Shown here in pieces: positions 49,051 to 63,000 of a DNA stretch of 64,000 bases. The notes beneath the pieces were generated by a model. It worked only from the letters and a program-made list of their open reading frames with translations. It was not told where the DNA came from and did not search any database. The stretch is from Takakia lepidozioides. Its lineage: Eukaryota > Plantae > Bryophyta. The position numbers and the translations under genes are program-made. The stretch is from positions 22,382,001 to 22,446,000 of the forward strand of contig CM060732.1 in NCBI GenBank assembly GCA_030704615.1. The letters run 5' to 3'. Every line of letters begins with the position of its first letter. Position 1 is the first letter of the stretch.

Positions 49051-52029
49051 CGCCAAGGGTGACTCTCCTGATAATATCCCAGCTTTCTACTCCAAATTTT
49101 CTTTCGAAGCTACATGATCTGAGTTCACAACATACTTTCCGCAAGCCCAAAATTCATCTCTCTTTTCTCTTGTGTCATGTGACGGTTGGACATTTCAAAG
49201 CCCTCATTAATTTGAGAGAACCTAATGCCTCATCGCCATCGCAATGTCCGCACCCATGTTTTTTTATAAAATAAATAAAATGTTATTCTCAGATTGTTCC
49301 AAAAAACTCAACAACATGCAAACCCAACAAAAATAAGTGTACAGGGTGTATATGTGAATCTTTCATTCACTCTAAAGGGGTTACCTTCCTGGGGGTATTT
49401 CTTCAAATCTTTTTCTTTTCCAGATATTAAGTTAAAATAGTCGCAGAATATATCAAATTCCAGAAAAGTTAACATACTTGAAGAATATTTTGGAAGGCAT
49501 ACATGTAGGATAACTCATGCAACTTTTTTTATTTCTTTTTCTTTGCAACTTATGTTTCATTCACACACATGTATTGTGTGCTAATAAAAATATAGTATCT
49601 GTTTTATACTGATTTGTGGGATCTACAACTAGGACAACCAGAAAATATTGGGAAAGATCTTAAAGAAGTCTGATTCGATGAGCCTTCGCTAAATTAGTAT
49701 CTTCTCATGTATCCGTACATGTAAAAGCCATCGTTGTCGGATGAGTATTATTATTTTTAATACCAGCCAGGTCCTGATATTGAATTTTTTTTATTTTTTA
49801 ATACCAAGTTGGCCAATATTCGTCGGTTTCCAATAAAAGCATTTCTCGATTTGTGGATGGTTGTCAACTCGACTGGTATTCCAATGATAATGCTAACTGG
49901 TTACCAACCCAGATAAATATAATTTAAACTACGAACTAAAAAATAAAAGATGTTTTACCTTAAATTTCTATTTTTTAAATAAAAATTATATTCATACTTT
50001 GTTTCCAAAAGAAAATAAATTATGTATTATAAACTCGTCTCCATTTCCACAGATAGACTCGCAGTTCTCATCCTGATAGCCAATTAGCAATAGCTTCTCC
50101 CTCTTCTTGCCTCATCAGATTCGCCCCTGCTCTCTCCTTCCCTCCCGGCCACCTCCAAGCACCCTCTCCAGCCTTCGGCTTCCCTGTTTTCCGTTCTCTC
50201 CACTGTCGTAGATCTAGACCTACTTTCGTTACTGTTAATGGATTCTTTGAAGCAATGTAAGTCTACAAGGTTTTCGATAAGGCTTCAAGCCCATGTCGGT
50301 TCATAATGTCGTTTATACGAGAGTCCACTCTCAGGTTATGGTCCTAGAGTTATCCAGCACGGTCCTCGTGAGTTAAGCCTTATGGCAGCATGCGGGCACT
50401 TCAAGGGTTTTAATTTTTTGCCCTTCAAATAATCAAGTAATAAAGTTCTCAGGGCTCCATCCCTGTTTCACCAAGAATTTTTTTTAAAAGAAATAAAAAA
50501 TAATAATGTAGCTAAAGCGAGTCGGCCTTTTGCATTACATATGCATATTTATAGGTATGTGCAAAATCCGGTTAGAATTTATCTACAAGCTTCAAAATGC
50601 TCATATTTGCAACGAGGTCCTCAATTCTCGTTGATCATATTGCATTCCCAGGACAGACAAAAAATCTTTCACCCAAGAGAGGCAGCCCACCAAGGTAGGA
50701 CATGGTGGGGTAAAGATTGAAGAGGATGTGGCGGTGATTGGGGCTGCACATACCGATGTCCATCCGCCCAAAATTGGTTAATAGTTTTACTTAATACGTA
50801 TACCTTGTACATGGTCCTTGCTTTTGCCCCTAATCCAGGTATTGTTGGGGTGTTCCCTTCAATGCCAATACTAGCCTAGATAGGGTATTGATTTTGGAAG
50901 TGCCAATAGTAACAAGAAGGTCCGGTTCTTAATCTTAAAAATACTTACCAGCTAGGTCGGTATTTTGTTACTTGGGACAATACCCTATCTACCATTCCAA
51001 CATTGGTGTCCACCCTTCCCAACGGAAGGCAATAATTGTTGGGGATAAATTGACACTATAAATTACATGTGTTGTGGCACGACTCTTCCCACCTCTATCA
51101 AATAAACAAGATTAAATAAACAATAGACAAACCAAGTAAACGTTTGCAGTTTTTGGTTGGTTTGATTTGGATTCTCTTTCAATTGTATTCTATGATCTAA
51201 ATATTTCTTAACATGAAAATGTAGCATCAGAATGATACATTTGTGAATTTGTTGGCTTGCCCCTAGGCAGAGTATACGCAAGTGGTTTCTCCTCCTTGTC
51301 ACAAGACCAATGTTTTTGTTGGATGATTGTCATTCATTGTCACATCCATTTTGGAACGCATGCAGTGACATAAGAGAGTTATTTTTTCTTCGTTGCATTA
51401 GCTGAGGGTTGCTGGGTTGTTTTTTGAGGTGTTTATTGGCTCCTCCCCATGGAGCGACCGCTCATAGGTAGTTTTCTCCTAACTTACCTTCCCAGTTAAT
51501 ACCTATTTATCAAGATCATACCTTTCCCAATAAATACAACTATAATTGATAGGAACAACATTATGATAGGTACCCATCAAACATGACTCAATGGTATAAA
51601 TATCCTTCCAGAAGGTAATAAACATATTTGTTTGGATTTCTTATAAACTTTAAAAAATGATAAGAACAATCTTCCGGAGGGTACACCAACATGTTTGGAT
51701 TGAGCAATTTTATCGGGATAACCTTCTGGTAGGTACCCATCAAAACATAATGGAATTTTCCATTATGAGTTGGAAAGGTAGAGCCAACTGATGGGCACAA
51801 TAATGTTGTGACACGTATAGCATAAGAGAATCCAGTGGCCCAAGCTGCTGGATCATGCGCTTTTGCTTTTACTGAGTATGAAGTTGTGGCACCTCAGCAT
51901 GAGGAGCACAGTGAGTTACTTGATTGCAACTCTTTGAGACGGACACATTGAGCTCCAACAAAGTTCAACGATTACTATATGAGCAACCGAGTCAACTCTA
52001 AATTTGCTAGGATTGTTGTGTCAAAGGAC

Positions 52030-52890
52030 ATCCCTGACGAACCAAGAAACTATGAAGAAGCAATTTGGCCAGCAATGCAAAGAGTGGAAGGAAGCCATGG
52101 TGGATGAGTACAAATCACTCCTAAACAATAATGTTTGGGTGCTTGCTGACCTGCCACTTGGTAGAAAGCAATCAAGTCTAAGTGGTCTTTAATGTGAAAA
52201 CCAAGTCAGATGGTTCAATTGCGAGGTACAAAGCACGATTGGTGGCAAAGGGCTACTCGCAGCAGTATGGGATTGACTGTGAAGATACATTTCTCTCCGC
52301 GCAACATATGCACATCATCCAGTTTGACATAAAAATGGTCTTTTTGTATGGGAATCTGGAGGAAGAGATTTGTAGCTCAAGAAAAGCCTTTACAAGCTGA
52401 AACAAGCTTGTCGGGTTTGGAACAAGCGATTCAACGAGTTCCTTGTTGGGTACGATCTAGAGCCCACTACTGCACATCATTGTGTGTATTCCAATAAGAA
52501 GGCACCGCTTATGATAACCACGATATTTGTCGATGACGCGGGCCTTGTACGTAGCCTTAACACTGTTCGGATGTGGGACATGATTGAGTTCATTAGGAAC
52601 GAATTTAAGGTCATTGTGAGCGATGCGGATCATGTCTATATTGTAGGTCTATACATAATCTGAGATAGGCATCTACAGATTCTTTGGATTGACCAAGCTA
52701 GGTACGTCATAAGCATCTTGAAGCGATATGGCTTTGAGAACGCAACGCTAGTACCAACCTTTGCGGATCCAAATGCCACCTTGACGTGCGTGGGAGCGAT
52801 GAGGAGCAAATAATTGAAACTGGTTTCCCATATTCCGAAGCTGTATGGAAGGTTGATGTTGCAGATGGCCGGCACACAACCAGATAGCCA
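52030..52890 (+). mobile_element. Ty1/copia reverse transcriptase relic
   Basis: EPRNYEEA, WKEAMVDEYKSL..NNVW, RYKARLVAKGYSQQYGID, IFVDD. Confidence 0.9.
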
Positions 52891-53499
52891 AATTTAAAAG
52901 CAAGCCACAACACATGCATTATACTGTCGTTAGAAGAATCTTTTGTTATTTGTGGGCACCCATTCACTACAGTCTACGCTACAATGGGCCCCAATGGAGG
53001 GGCCAACGATAAAACCCTATTTGAACTAATTCTGGACTTTGGCTTAAATCCGGATCAAACTTAATATATTACTGAATTAATTCAAATATTAATAAATTAT
53101 GGTGTAATGTGTGAATGAACTTTGTGAAATTATAGGTGATGTCATACTTGCTTCGAAATGTGTCATATAAGAGGTCCAGTTGACATTGAAGTGCTTTGTG
53201 GTTGCAGTACTCAACAATTCATGAAACGTCCAGTGGGAAGTCGAATGATGTCATATATTACATTATTATGCGATAACAAATGTGTCGCATCGAACATCAG
53301 GCAAACTCCTACTCTACCATACTCGACACAACTTGCTAATTTTAATTGAATCTTCATGTCAAGCACATTCATAGACAACACCATTGGAATGATGTTTTGG
53401 GAGTAACAAGGGCAGTAAAATATTAAAATAGCATGAAACATTAGGAAGAGGTAACAGGTTAGCACAACAAGGTTTGGGTTTACGGGGTTTGGATTTATG

Positions 53500-55030
53500 G
53501 TACAAAGGGACAAACAAATATGGAAGACTCACACTCGCTCGAATTAATAAATGTAAGGGGAATTTGATATCCCTGTAATCCTTCTATCGTACCTTATCCA
53601 ACAAAAGAAAATAACAAAAGAGCATGAAACATTGAAAAGAAGGTAACATGGTAGTATAATAAGGTTTGAGTGTAACTAGGGTAGTACATTAAGCTTTTTG
53701 GTTTATGGTAAGGATAATGGCTTAGGGTAAGGGTAAGGCTTAGGGTTAGGGGAAGGGTAAGGGTTTAGGAGTAATGGTAAAGGTAAGGTTAAGGGTTTTG
53801 GGGGGTTTTTGGTTTTGGGTTTAAGGTACAAATGGACAAACAATTATGGAAGACTCGCACTCGCTAGAACTTAGTGTGTGTTAGTAGGGTAGAAAATAAA
53901 TAAAAAATGGAGAAACAAATATTATGGAAGAGTCATTGAGACGGACAAGTATTTAAATTAAAGACTCATCCTTGAAACTTGGTATTAAGATACATAGAAA
54001 TGAAACTATGCAAAGGTAAGTGCATGTCAAAAACTAGCGCAAAAATGAAGGGAGAAGACATTTGGATAACCATAATGGTTATGGTTTATGATATGGATAG
54101 TTCATTCCCATTTGTAAAGGGAAGGGTAAGGGTTTAGGGTAATTGCTTAAGAGTAAAGGTTTAGGGTTTCCGGTGAGGGTTTAGGGCAAAGGGTTTAGGG
54201 TTTGGTTTAAGGTACAAATGGACAAACAAACATGAAAGACTCGCATTCGCTAGAACTTAGTGTGTGTTAGTAGGGTACAAAAAAAATTTAGATAACCAAG
54301 ACATTTGGATAACCATAATGGTTATGGTTATGGTTATGGTATGAATAGTTCATTCCCATTTGTAAAGGGAAGGGTAAGGGTTTAGGGGTAATGGCTTAAG
54401 GGTAAAGTTTTAGGGTTTTAGGGTAAGAGTTGAGGGTAGGGGTTTTGGGTTTGGGTTTAAGATACAAATGGACAAACAAATGTGGAAGACTTGCACTCGC
54501 TAGAACTTAGTGTTGTTAGTAGGGTAGAAAATAAAATAAAAATGGAGAAACAAAATATTATGGAAGTTTAGTCATTGTATCGGACAAGTATTTAAATTAA
54601 AGACTCGTCCTTGGAACCTGGTATTAAGATACTTAGAAAACAAACTATGCAAATGTAAGTGCATGGCAATCGAAAACAAAGGAAAAAAGTAGCGCCAAAA
54701 TGAAGGGAGAAGACATTTGAATAACCATAATAGTTATGGTTATGGTTATGGTATGGATAGTTCATTCCTATTTGTAAAGGGAAGGGTAAGGGTTTAGGGT
54801 TTGGCTTTCATGCACAGACTCGCACTCGCTCGAACTTAGTATGTGTTAGTAGGGTAGAAAATAAAATAAAAATGGAGAAACAAATGTTATGAAAGAGTCA
54901 TTGAAACGGAAAGTATTTTAGTCAAAGACTCGTCCTTGGAACCTGGTATTAAGATACGTAGAAACAAACTATAAAAATGGCAAGTGCATGTCAATCCAGA
55001 GCAAGGGAAAAGAATAATGCAAGAACGAAG
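53500..55030. repeat. Complex tandem repeat with degenerate TTTAGGG-like tracts
   Basis: GAAGACTCGCACTCGCTAGAACTTAG blocks recur about 5 times, interleaved with GGGTTTAGGG/GGGTAA tracts. Confidence 0.85.
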
Positions 55031-55989
55031 GGAGAAGACATTTGGATCATCACCGAGAGGAACATGTGCCAAAAATAGGAACGCACGCTGCCCATCCAAA
55101 AATAGCAAAAACACAGTTGAAAGTATGTCCCCCTATGAGATTTGGAAAGAAATGATGTTTATAACGACCGCGGACGCCGGAAAGTGCATAGTGCTCGTGG
55201 GACAAATAGAAAAAAATATGAGAGAGATTAAAAAGTCAGAGCCCAAAATAAAAACTATGAGAAATGAAATGATCCAATGAATTGGTGCTCTATAATGTCG
55301 CGGGAAGCTCCTAGTGTTTATGGGACAAAATGGAAGAGAACATGAGAGAGGAAATAAAATCAGAGCCAAAAATTAAAAGTATGAGAAATGAAATGAAATG
55401 AAATGAAATGGTGCTTTATAACGTCCGCAGATAGGTCATAGAGCTTAGGGAAGAAAATGGGGGAAAACCTGAGAGATGAAACTTAACGAGTGGCAAATTG
55501 AAAACTATGGCAAGAGTGATTGGCTAAGGGTCCTCTTAGTGGAAGACTTCAGTGAGAGACTTGGTTCTGCGGAAGCAATGGTTCTGCGGAAGCAAGTGCA
55601 ATCATTGAGAGAATGACTCAAATTGGCCTACTTTTTTTTGTAAAAAAAAAAAACTTGGATGGAATGTAATGTGAATTGTGTTCCTGCCAGCCTTTTTTTT
55701 TGTGAACTGTATGTTTTCTAGGCCAAACTCCCCCACAGTTTTTTTTTTTTTCGTGAACAGTAAATATAGAAGGCCAGAGTCGACCACACACGGATCAATG
55801 ATTGCAAACGTCCACTGGACATTCGAGGTTGAGTGCGACAATAGAAGACAACAAAAAGGAGCCCCCGACGTAAACAACAAGTGCCATCAAGACAAAGAGA
55901 AATTTATTTTTTATATCGAAGTACCAAAATTGACCTCAACATTATGTCCTTCAACTGCGACTCTTTCACAAGACTCACTTTCTGATTGA

Positions 55990-57003
55990 AGATTCGCCTC
56001 CTCTAAATTTGCACCTGCCTTCTCTGCTTCCGCAGTGGTAATTCTCTTAGTGCTATTCCTTGTCGAATTTTTCCGTGGCGGCATTGTTCATATGTCTGAG
56101 CTCACGTGGATCCATTGAGGAGGATCCAATGGGTTTATTTCCAGACTTTTGACCAACAGTCCCTATACATGTCCACGTCAGATGGATTACCTCATTTTTT
56201 TGGTCTCCACCACTCCACCCTCACTTTCTTAAAATTACAATCCCCCCTTTCACGGATCACATCAGATATTGCCACCCCCATCCAAACCGGGCACGTCCTT
56301 GGGTCATGAGGGCGAACTAGCACAAAAAACCCTTCCTCAATATCCTTGAACGGATTCAAGGGTATTCTCGGACGCTCACACCTCGGGCCACAGTAAGGTT
56401 CTGGAATTTCTTCTTCTTCTGCCATATCATCCTCTGTCTGTGGCTGGATTCCATCTCTCCAATATTGGTTCTTCGACCATCTTGTTTTCGGCCAGAAACC
56501 CTCAAGAAGGTCAATATTCTCAGGAGTCTCCGGTATTGGCTTATCCAGTTCGGCGAGAATGTTTTCCCAGTATTGACCTTATTGTTCCATTATAGCTTTG
56601 TAATGATCATCAAGCAACATCCCTTTCGTCCAAAAATCCCTATGTAATTTTTTATTCCATTTTTATGAAGGACTGTTTTTCTGAGGAGTCGTCTCCGTCT
56701 CCCCAGATCGGAGTTCTTGGAACGGCAAACGGGTCACCTTTCAGGGAGTTTGGGAGTCCCGTCAGGCTTCGACTTCCACATCTTCATGCTGGTGTTCTTT
56801 GGAAGCCAATCTGAATCAGTAGCTGATTTCTTGTACTTCATTACGGGCCAACCCTCTGCATCTACAAAAAACCGGAACACGTGCATCTCGGAAGTCCTAA
56901 TCAACGCTTCATTTCCATCTAGAATACAACCCTTTACAAACTTCTTAAAGCCGGGAACCTCCTGAATAATCTATGGAATAAACTACAGATCTTGTGAAAT
57001 CAT
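55990..57003 (-). pseudogene. 3' part of a putative DNA-transposon protein (DUF7869-like), cut by the LTR at 57004
   Basis: IQEVPGFKKFVKG...MHVFRFFVDAEGWPVMKYKKSATDSDW and FVLVRP...PVWMGVA...VRVEWWRP. The family call is from memory of similar bryophyte proteins. Confidence 0.45.
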
Positions 57004-60000
57004 TGATAACGGCTAAGTATGATACAGCTACGAGGGCCAGATAGCGAGAGTCACGATGGGACATACCAGGTAGTGATTGGTTTACACTATCTAGTCACAG
57101 GCAGAAAAGGCTCAGTGCGCGGCACTTAGCAAACGGCGGAACAAGGGGACACTACCACGGGAGCAGTAGTGGGTAGTGTAGCAGCAGTGGGCCGTGAACC
57201 ACGATATCACACGGCCACGGTAGCATAGGCTTTACTAATAGAGGAAGTAGTGAAGGACCGTGGACCGTGTACCACTATGGCACACGACCAAAAGTCACGA
57301 CCACTACCATGAGCCACTTTTTGGCAAACCCTTTAGGTTGCGTAGGCAGTTAGGCAACGGTCATTAACGACTGCAGGCTGTAACGGTTCTTTCAAGCATA
57401 GTATAAAAGGGCTGCATGCAACTTAGAAGGTATCAGTGATCAGTGTGTATCCAGTGGACTCAGAGTAATTCGATGTGTACTTATGGGATGAACTCTGAAG
57501 TAAAGCCATGCTATTCCAAGTATCTCTGTGTAGAGTGAACGTGAGATAGAGAGAATGTGCATTATGAGAGAACGTGAGATAGTGAGAATGTGTATCATCT
57601 CAGAATAGATCTTGTTGTCTTGAATACTGTATGATTGTATGAACAAAGAGGCTCCAGCCTTTCCGACAAGACCTTTTAGCTGATGAGACTGCGGGTTGGA
57701 CTTAATTAATATGATTAAGCAACCTGCTGAGATGTTGATTCATACGACTAGCAGGGGTTAGCTATCTTTCAAACAATTACTCTGTAATCGTTTCAGAAGG
57801 CATACCGTCGGACAACCTCTGTTGCATGTCTTGGGAAATGGGAGTTGAGAGCCTATTTTGTCTAAGTCATAAACCAGCGGTTAACATTTGGCGACCATAC
57901 TGGGGACTAACGGTATGTTGAGTTCAAGTGAACTCAAGGAAGGATGGCTACTCAATGATTTCTTGAAATCACAAAAGAACGAGTCAATGGAAGTAGAGGA
58001 ATGGAAAGCATTCCTGAAAAAATTCATGGCTTACCAGTAGCAATACAACAGAAGATCTTTCTTTCAATTGTGAAAGAAGATGACAAATGGGGATTAAAGG
58101 GAGGAGTGATCAGTATTACACGTGCACTTTGGGAATGTAGAATCAGACGTGAAGAATGGTTGTCTCGTCTAGCTTTATTGATTACTCTAATCCCAATCAG
58201 AAAAGTTTGCTACACTAGTTTATATTTTCATGGAAGGATTCAAATTATGAATATTGTCATATGATCATAGAAGCAGTAGAGTACTGGATACCCAAAGACT
58301 TGTTACAAGTCAGATATACTGAGAAAGACAAAATGCTATTATTGTGCCTATTAAAATATTGGTGATCAATCAGTACAGGAAAATTAAGTCGTGATACGGA
58401 TTCTGGGAAGATAGTGTAAATCTTGGAGAAAGGGTAGAGACCACTATAATTTTTTTTCCTGACATACCTTATTAAAGGGTGCTGAAAAGGAATTATGTAT
58501 ATGATGTGGGAATGAATGAGGAAATTAAGGAAAAGCTAAGCAAGACAGAGCTGAAATAATAGAGAAATATGCTGCAAAAAGGGAAGCTCGGTTGAGAAAA
58601 GAGTTCCCGGAATTACAAAACTTGAATATAATTCAAGGCAAGGCATCAAGACAAATTGACAGTGATAAACCAGAAAATCAGGAAATCGGATCTTTGGAAA
58701 GTGAGAACTACACCAAAAGGAGTTGCAAGTAATGCACTTGGCGAATGGTTACCACAAGAAAGATCTGAAGGATCTTCTACAGTAACAAGTCCAAATCGAG
58801 GTTGTGCCGAAATATTGGAATAAAAATTTGAGAATATTCTAAGTGAAGAAGGTGAAAGAAGTGAAACTACTTCTCCAGAAAGGATAACCAGGACTGCCTC
58901 AAAGCTTTTAAAGATTCATTAAGCTTAGTGGGGACAGCAGCTGGAAGACGGCTATCCTTGGGACAAGGACCTCCTAGTTTTGAATCATTGTTTGGAAGAC
59001 AAACACCAACAACACCATTAGCCTTGACAATCCCAACACCAACACGGCCACCAGTAGCGGGACCATTCCAGTTTGGATAGCCGGTTGTACCAGCAGCACC
59101 AATGGCTTTAGCAGCAAGCAAAACCAATTTTCTTTTATATGATGGGAAATCTGACCCGGATATCCATCTTAATCAATTTGAGAACATGTGCACCATTTAC
59201 AATGAAGCAACAGACCAGGAAAAGATCCGATTATTTCCTTGTTCAATGGCCAGAAAAGGCATTGAATGGTTGGCAACCTTTCCAGCCAATCACTTTGCAA
59301 ATTGGGCAGATATGAGAGCCGCATTCCAAGAACGATATAGATCCAACAAATCCACGTTTGAAATCTTCACAAGATTACAGAAAAAAAAAAAAAAAAAAAA
59401 ATTGGTAGTTGACTACCTGGAGAGAATAAGACTCTGATCAGGAAGCTACCTCAAGCACCAGGTGACGACTTGCAAAAATCATGGTTCATCAACGAACTTC
59501 GTCCTGAATATGTAACCATGGTTACAGTCATGCCTAACAACACTTTGGCTGAAGCAGTAGGAACTGCAAAGAAATTGGAATTGGGATTTCATCAGAGCAG
59601 AAGTAAAGATTCCAAGGATCCCTTGGAAGAAGAAAGACTCTGATGATGAAGAAAACCCAAGCAAAAGAAGAAAGAAGTGATTGACAAAACCACTTTGGAT
59701 CAGAAGATAGCAGAGGCTATCAAGAATTTTAAAGATGAAGGGCCACGAAAGGCAACATGGTGTCACAAATGCGGAACTGCAGGACACTTGGCAATACAAT
59801 GCCACATGAAAGACAAATACTGTGATATTTGTCATATGAACAATCATAATACCAGCCATTGTATTTACAAGCAACGGGCCAAGAAGTGGGTACACACGAG
59901 AGGTGGGGGTACACCAAGTCCAAGTCCGACGGGGAGGATCGGATGGACCAAGACGATACAATATGGGTAATCGTTATCAGAGGCCACGAGATGACTATCC

Positions 60001-63000
60001 ACCACGGATAGAGAACATCAACCTAGAAACAAGGAAATCATGAGATGTCACTATTGCAAGAAAGACACTGGAAACATGAATGCCAGTTGCGAATCAAGCA
60101 TGAGGCAGAATTGGGAAATATGGAAGCCGGACCAAGTGTAGCTGTGAGTGTGGTAACTCCTGTAGTGGATACCCTTGCGGTAACCCGAACTCATGCCAAG
60201 AAACAAAAACCTCCAGATAAGGAGATTGAAGAAGAACGAACAATATCCAGAAAGTGCAGCATGGCAGGAAGAAAAGAGCTTACACTAGGAGGTAAGCAAA
60301 GCCATAGCTCAAATGCAAGAAGGAACCCATATACCTTCTGGAGAGCTAACTCCAGATAATCAAATCAGACCAACGACGAAGACCACGAACGCAACCACGG
60401 AAACAGAATTGGCTGAAGTAATCTGCCAGACCAAGACCCAAATTACCATTGGACAATTATCAAAAATTGCTCCACACTGCAAGAAAACTTTATTTTGGGC
60501 AATTGAGGCATTGACCCCCACACCAAAATAAAAACCAACACCACAAGTTTACACGATTAAACCCACAACTATACAACAAACTCCAGACTACGACGAAGCA
60601 ATACCAGTAATACAAGTACGTATTGGACAGAAGCTGGTAACGGATGTACTCATCGATGGAGGATCCGGAGTGAATATCATGACAGAGAGGATGAAGAAGT
60701 CACTAGGATTGGGGCACATGGAACCTGCTCCATTCACGGTACGAATGGCCGATCAACGAAAAGTGCAGCCATTGGGTATCATCAGACGACTTGCAATGGA
60801 AGTAGCAGGATTGGTATACGAAGTATCAATAACCATTCTCAGAATGGAGGATGTGGCAGAAGGATATTCGCTACTACTTGGCCGACCATGGTTAACACAA
60901 GCCCAATCACACCTTTGGGGAAGTCAGACTCTCACGATAAAAAAAGGATCAGAACAAGTGACTATCACTACGAAGCAATGAGGTACCATTCCACGAGAGA
61001 AACGACCTTGCATAGTGGAAGAGTATGACTGGTCCAGTGGACTGTCGGATGAAGAAGAAGCCACGGTATATGCATCACATCCACAGTTGGAACCTATTGG
61101 TCAATTAGTGGTCAAACATACCACAACAGTAGGATGTCACATGGTGAACACCCAAGGAGAACTGAATACTCCGAGAACGGAAGATCCTGAGGAAGAAGCT
61201 ATGGACACACCTCAACACCCTGCCCGTTTTTATCAAGAAAGAGAAGAGGACATTAAAATCAGTGAAGTACCTACCACGATTGCAACCATCGGACAGGAGA
61301 TTGCAGGATGGACAGTAACGGAAGAAACTCAATTGATTCAAGTGAATCTGGGAACAGTGGAAGAACCACAGATAATACGAGTAAGTGCAGGTCTTGAAGA
61401 ATCATTTCTACGAGAAGTCACTACATTATTCACTGAATACAAGGATGTATTTGCCTGGAACTACAAATTTGAAGGGTATACCTTCCAATATCTGTCAGCA
61501 CCGAATTGAATTGGAAGTTGACACGAAACCAATTCGTCAGAACCGTTACAGAATGAACCCCAACTATATAGCTAAAGTTTGGGAAAATCGAGAAATTACT
61601 GGATGTAGGATTCATATACCCAGTAGAGACACCACAATGGTTATCACCCATTGTGATAATACCCAAGAAGAATGGAAAATTACGAGTATGTGTGGACTAT
61701 CGCAAATTAAACGTAGGAACCAAGAAATACCATTTTCCACTACCTTTCACAGAGATAGTGTGGACACAGTGGCAGGACATGAGATGTACTCATTCATGGA
61801 TGGGTTCAGTGAGTACAACCAGGTGCAGATGGCAGAAGAAGACCGAGAAAATACTGCATTCATCACTGAATGGGGAGCCTATGCTTACAAAGTCATGCCA
61901 TTTGGACTTTGCAACGCACCAGCCACGTTTCAGCGAGCAGTATCTAAGATATTCAAGAATTATCTCAACGATTTTATGCAGGTATTTTTGGATGATTTCA
62001 ATGTCTTCGGACAGAAATCCAAACACTTGGCATAGTTAAGACTTTGCCTACACGTCTGCAGAAACAATGGAGTAAGTCTCAATCCGGAAAAATGTACATT
62101 TTGTGTGAATTCAGGATTACTGTTGGGACACATTGTGTGCCAACAGGGAATTTTGGTGGATCCAAATAAAGTGGATGTTATCTAGAAAATACCACCACCA
62201 GAAAATCCCAAGAAACTCAAGAGATTTCTGGGACAGACAAGCTAGTACAGAAGGTACATGGCCAAATATGCTCACAGAGCAGCACCAGTCTATAGACTGC
62301 TGAAGAAAGATGCCGAATACCGATGGTCTCCAGCTTGTCAGGAATCATTTGATTCACTAAAATGGCACTCACAGCAGCACCAATTCTAATAAATCCAAGA
62401 TGGGATCTACTATTTCATGTACACAGTGATGCATCAGGCTTTGGGTTCTGGCCCAGAATGTGACAGGCACAATAGATTCACCTATCTATTATGCAAACAG
62501 ATTGCTGACATCAGCTGAGAGGAACTATAGCACCACGGAAAGGGAAGCATTGGCAATGATTTATGCTGTTCAAAAGTTTCGGCATTATTTACTGGGCAAT
62601 TGCTTTAAGTTTATTGTTGATCATCAGGCTCTAGTTCATTTAGCAAATCGACCACTAGCTAGTGGCAGGGTTGCTCGATGGTTATTACTTCTTCATGAGT
62701 ATGATTTTGAAGTTGTTCATAAACCAGGAAGATTAAATGTTAAAATAGATCATCTGTCAAGAATTACTACAGGAGAACCAGCCACATGAGTAGAGGATCA
62801 ACTTCCCGACGCATTTCTGTTTGCTGTTCAACCAGAAGCACAAGATGAAGAGACAGATCCTCTAGGCGCTCTGGGAGTGTTTCAAGGAGACTATGACCTC
62901 CCAGATTCTCTTAAGCTCATGGATGACACTGATGATGAAGATGAACCTCTTGATGAAGGACCTATTATTGAGGAAGAGCCAGATCCAGAAGAAGATGATA

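Noticed and set aside
53700-54800. True telomere or chromosome-fusion site
   Set aside because: The TTTAGGG units are short, degenerate and embedded in longer complex repeats.
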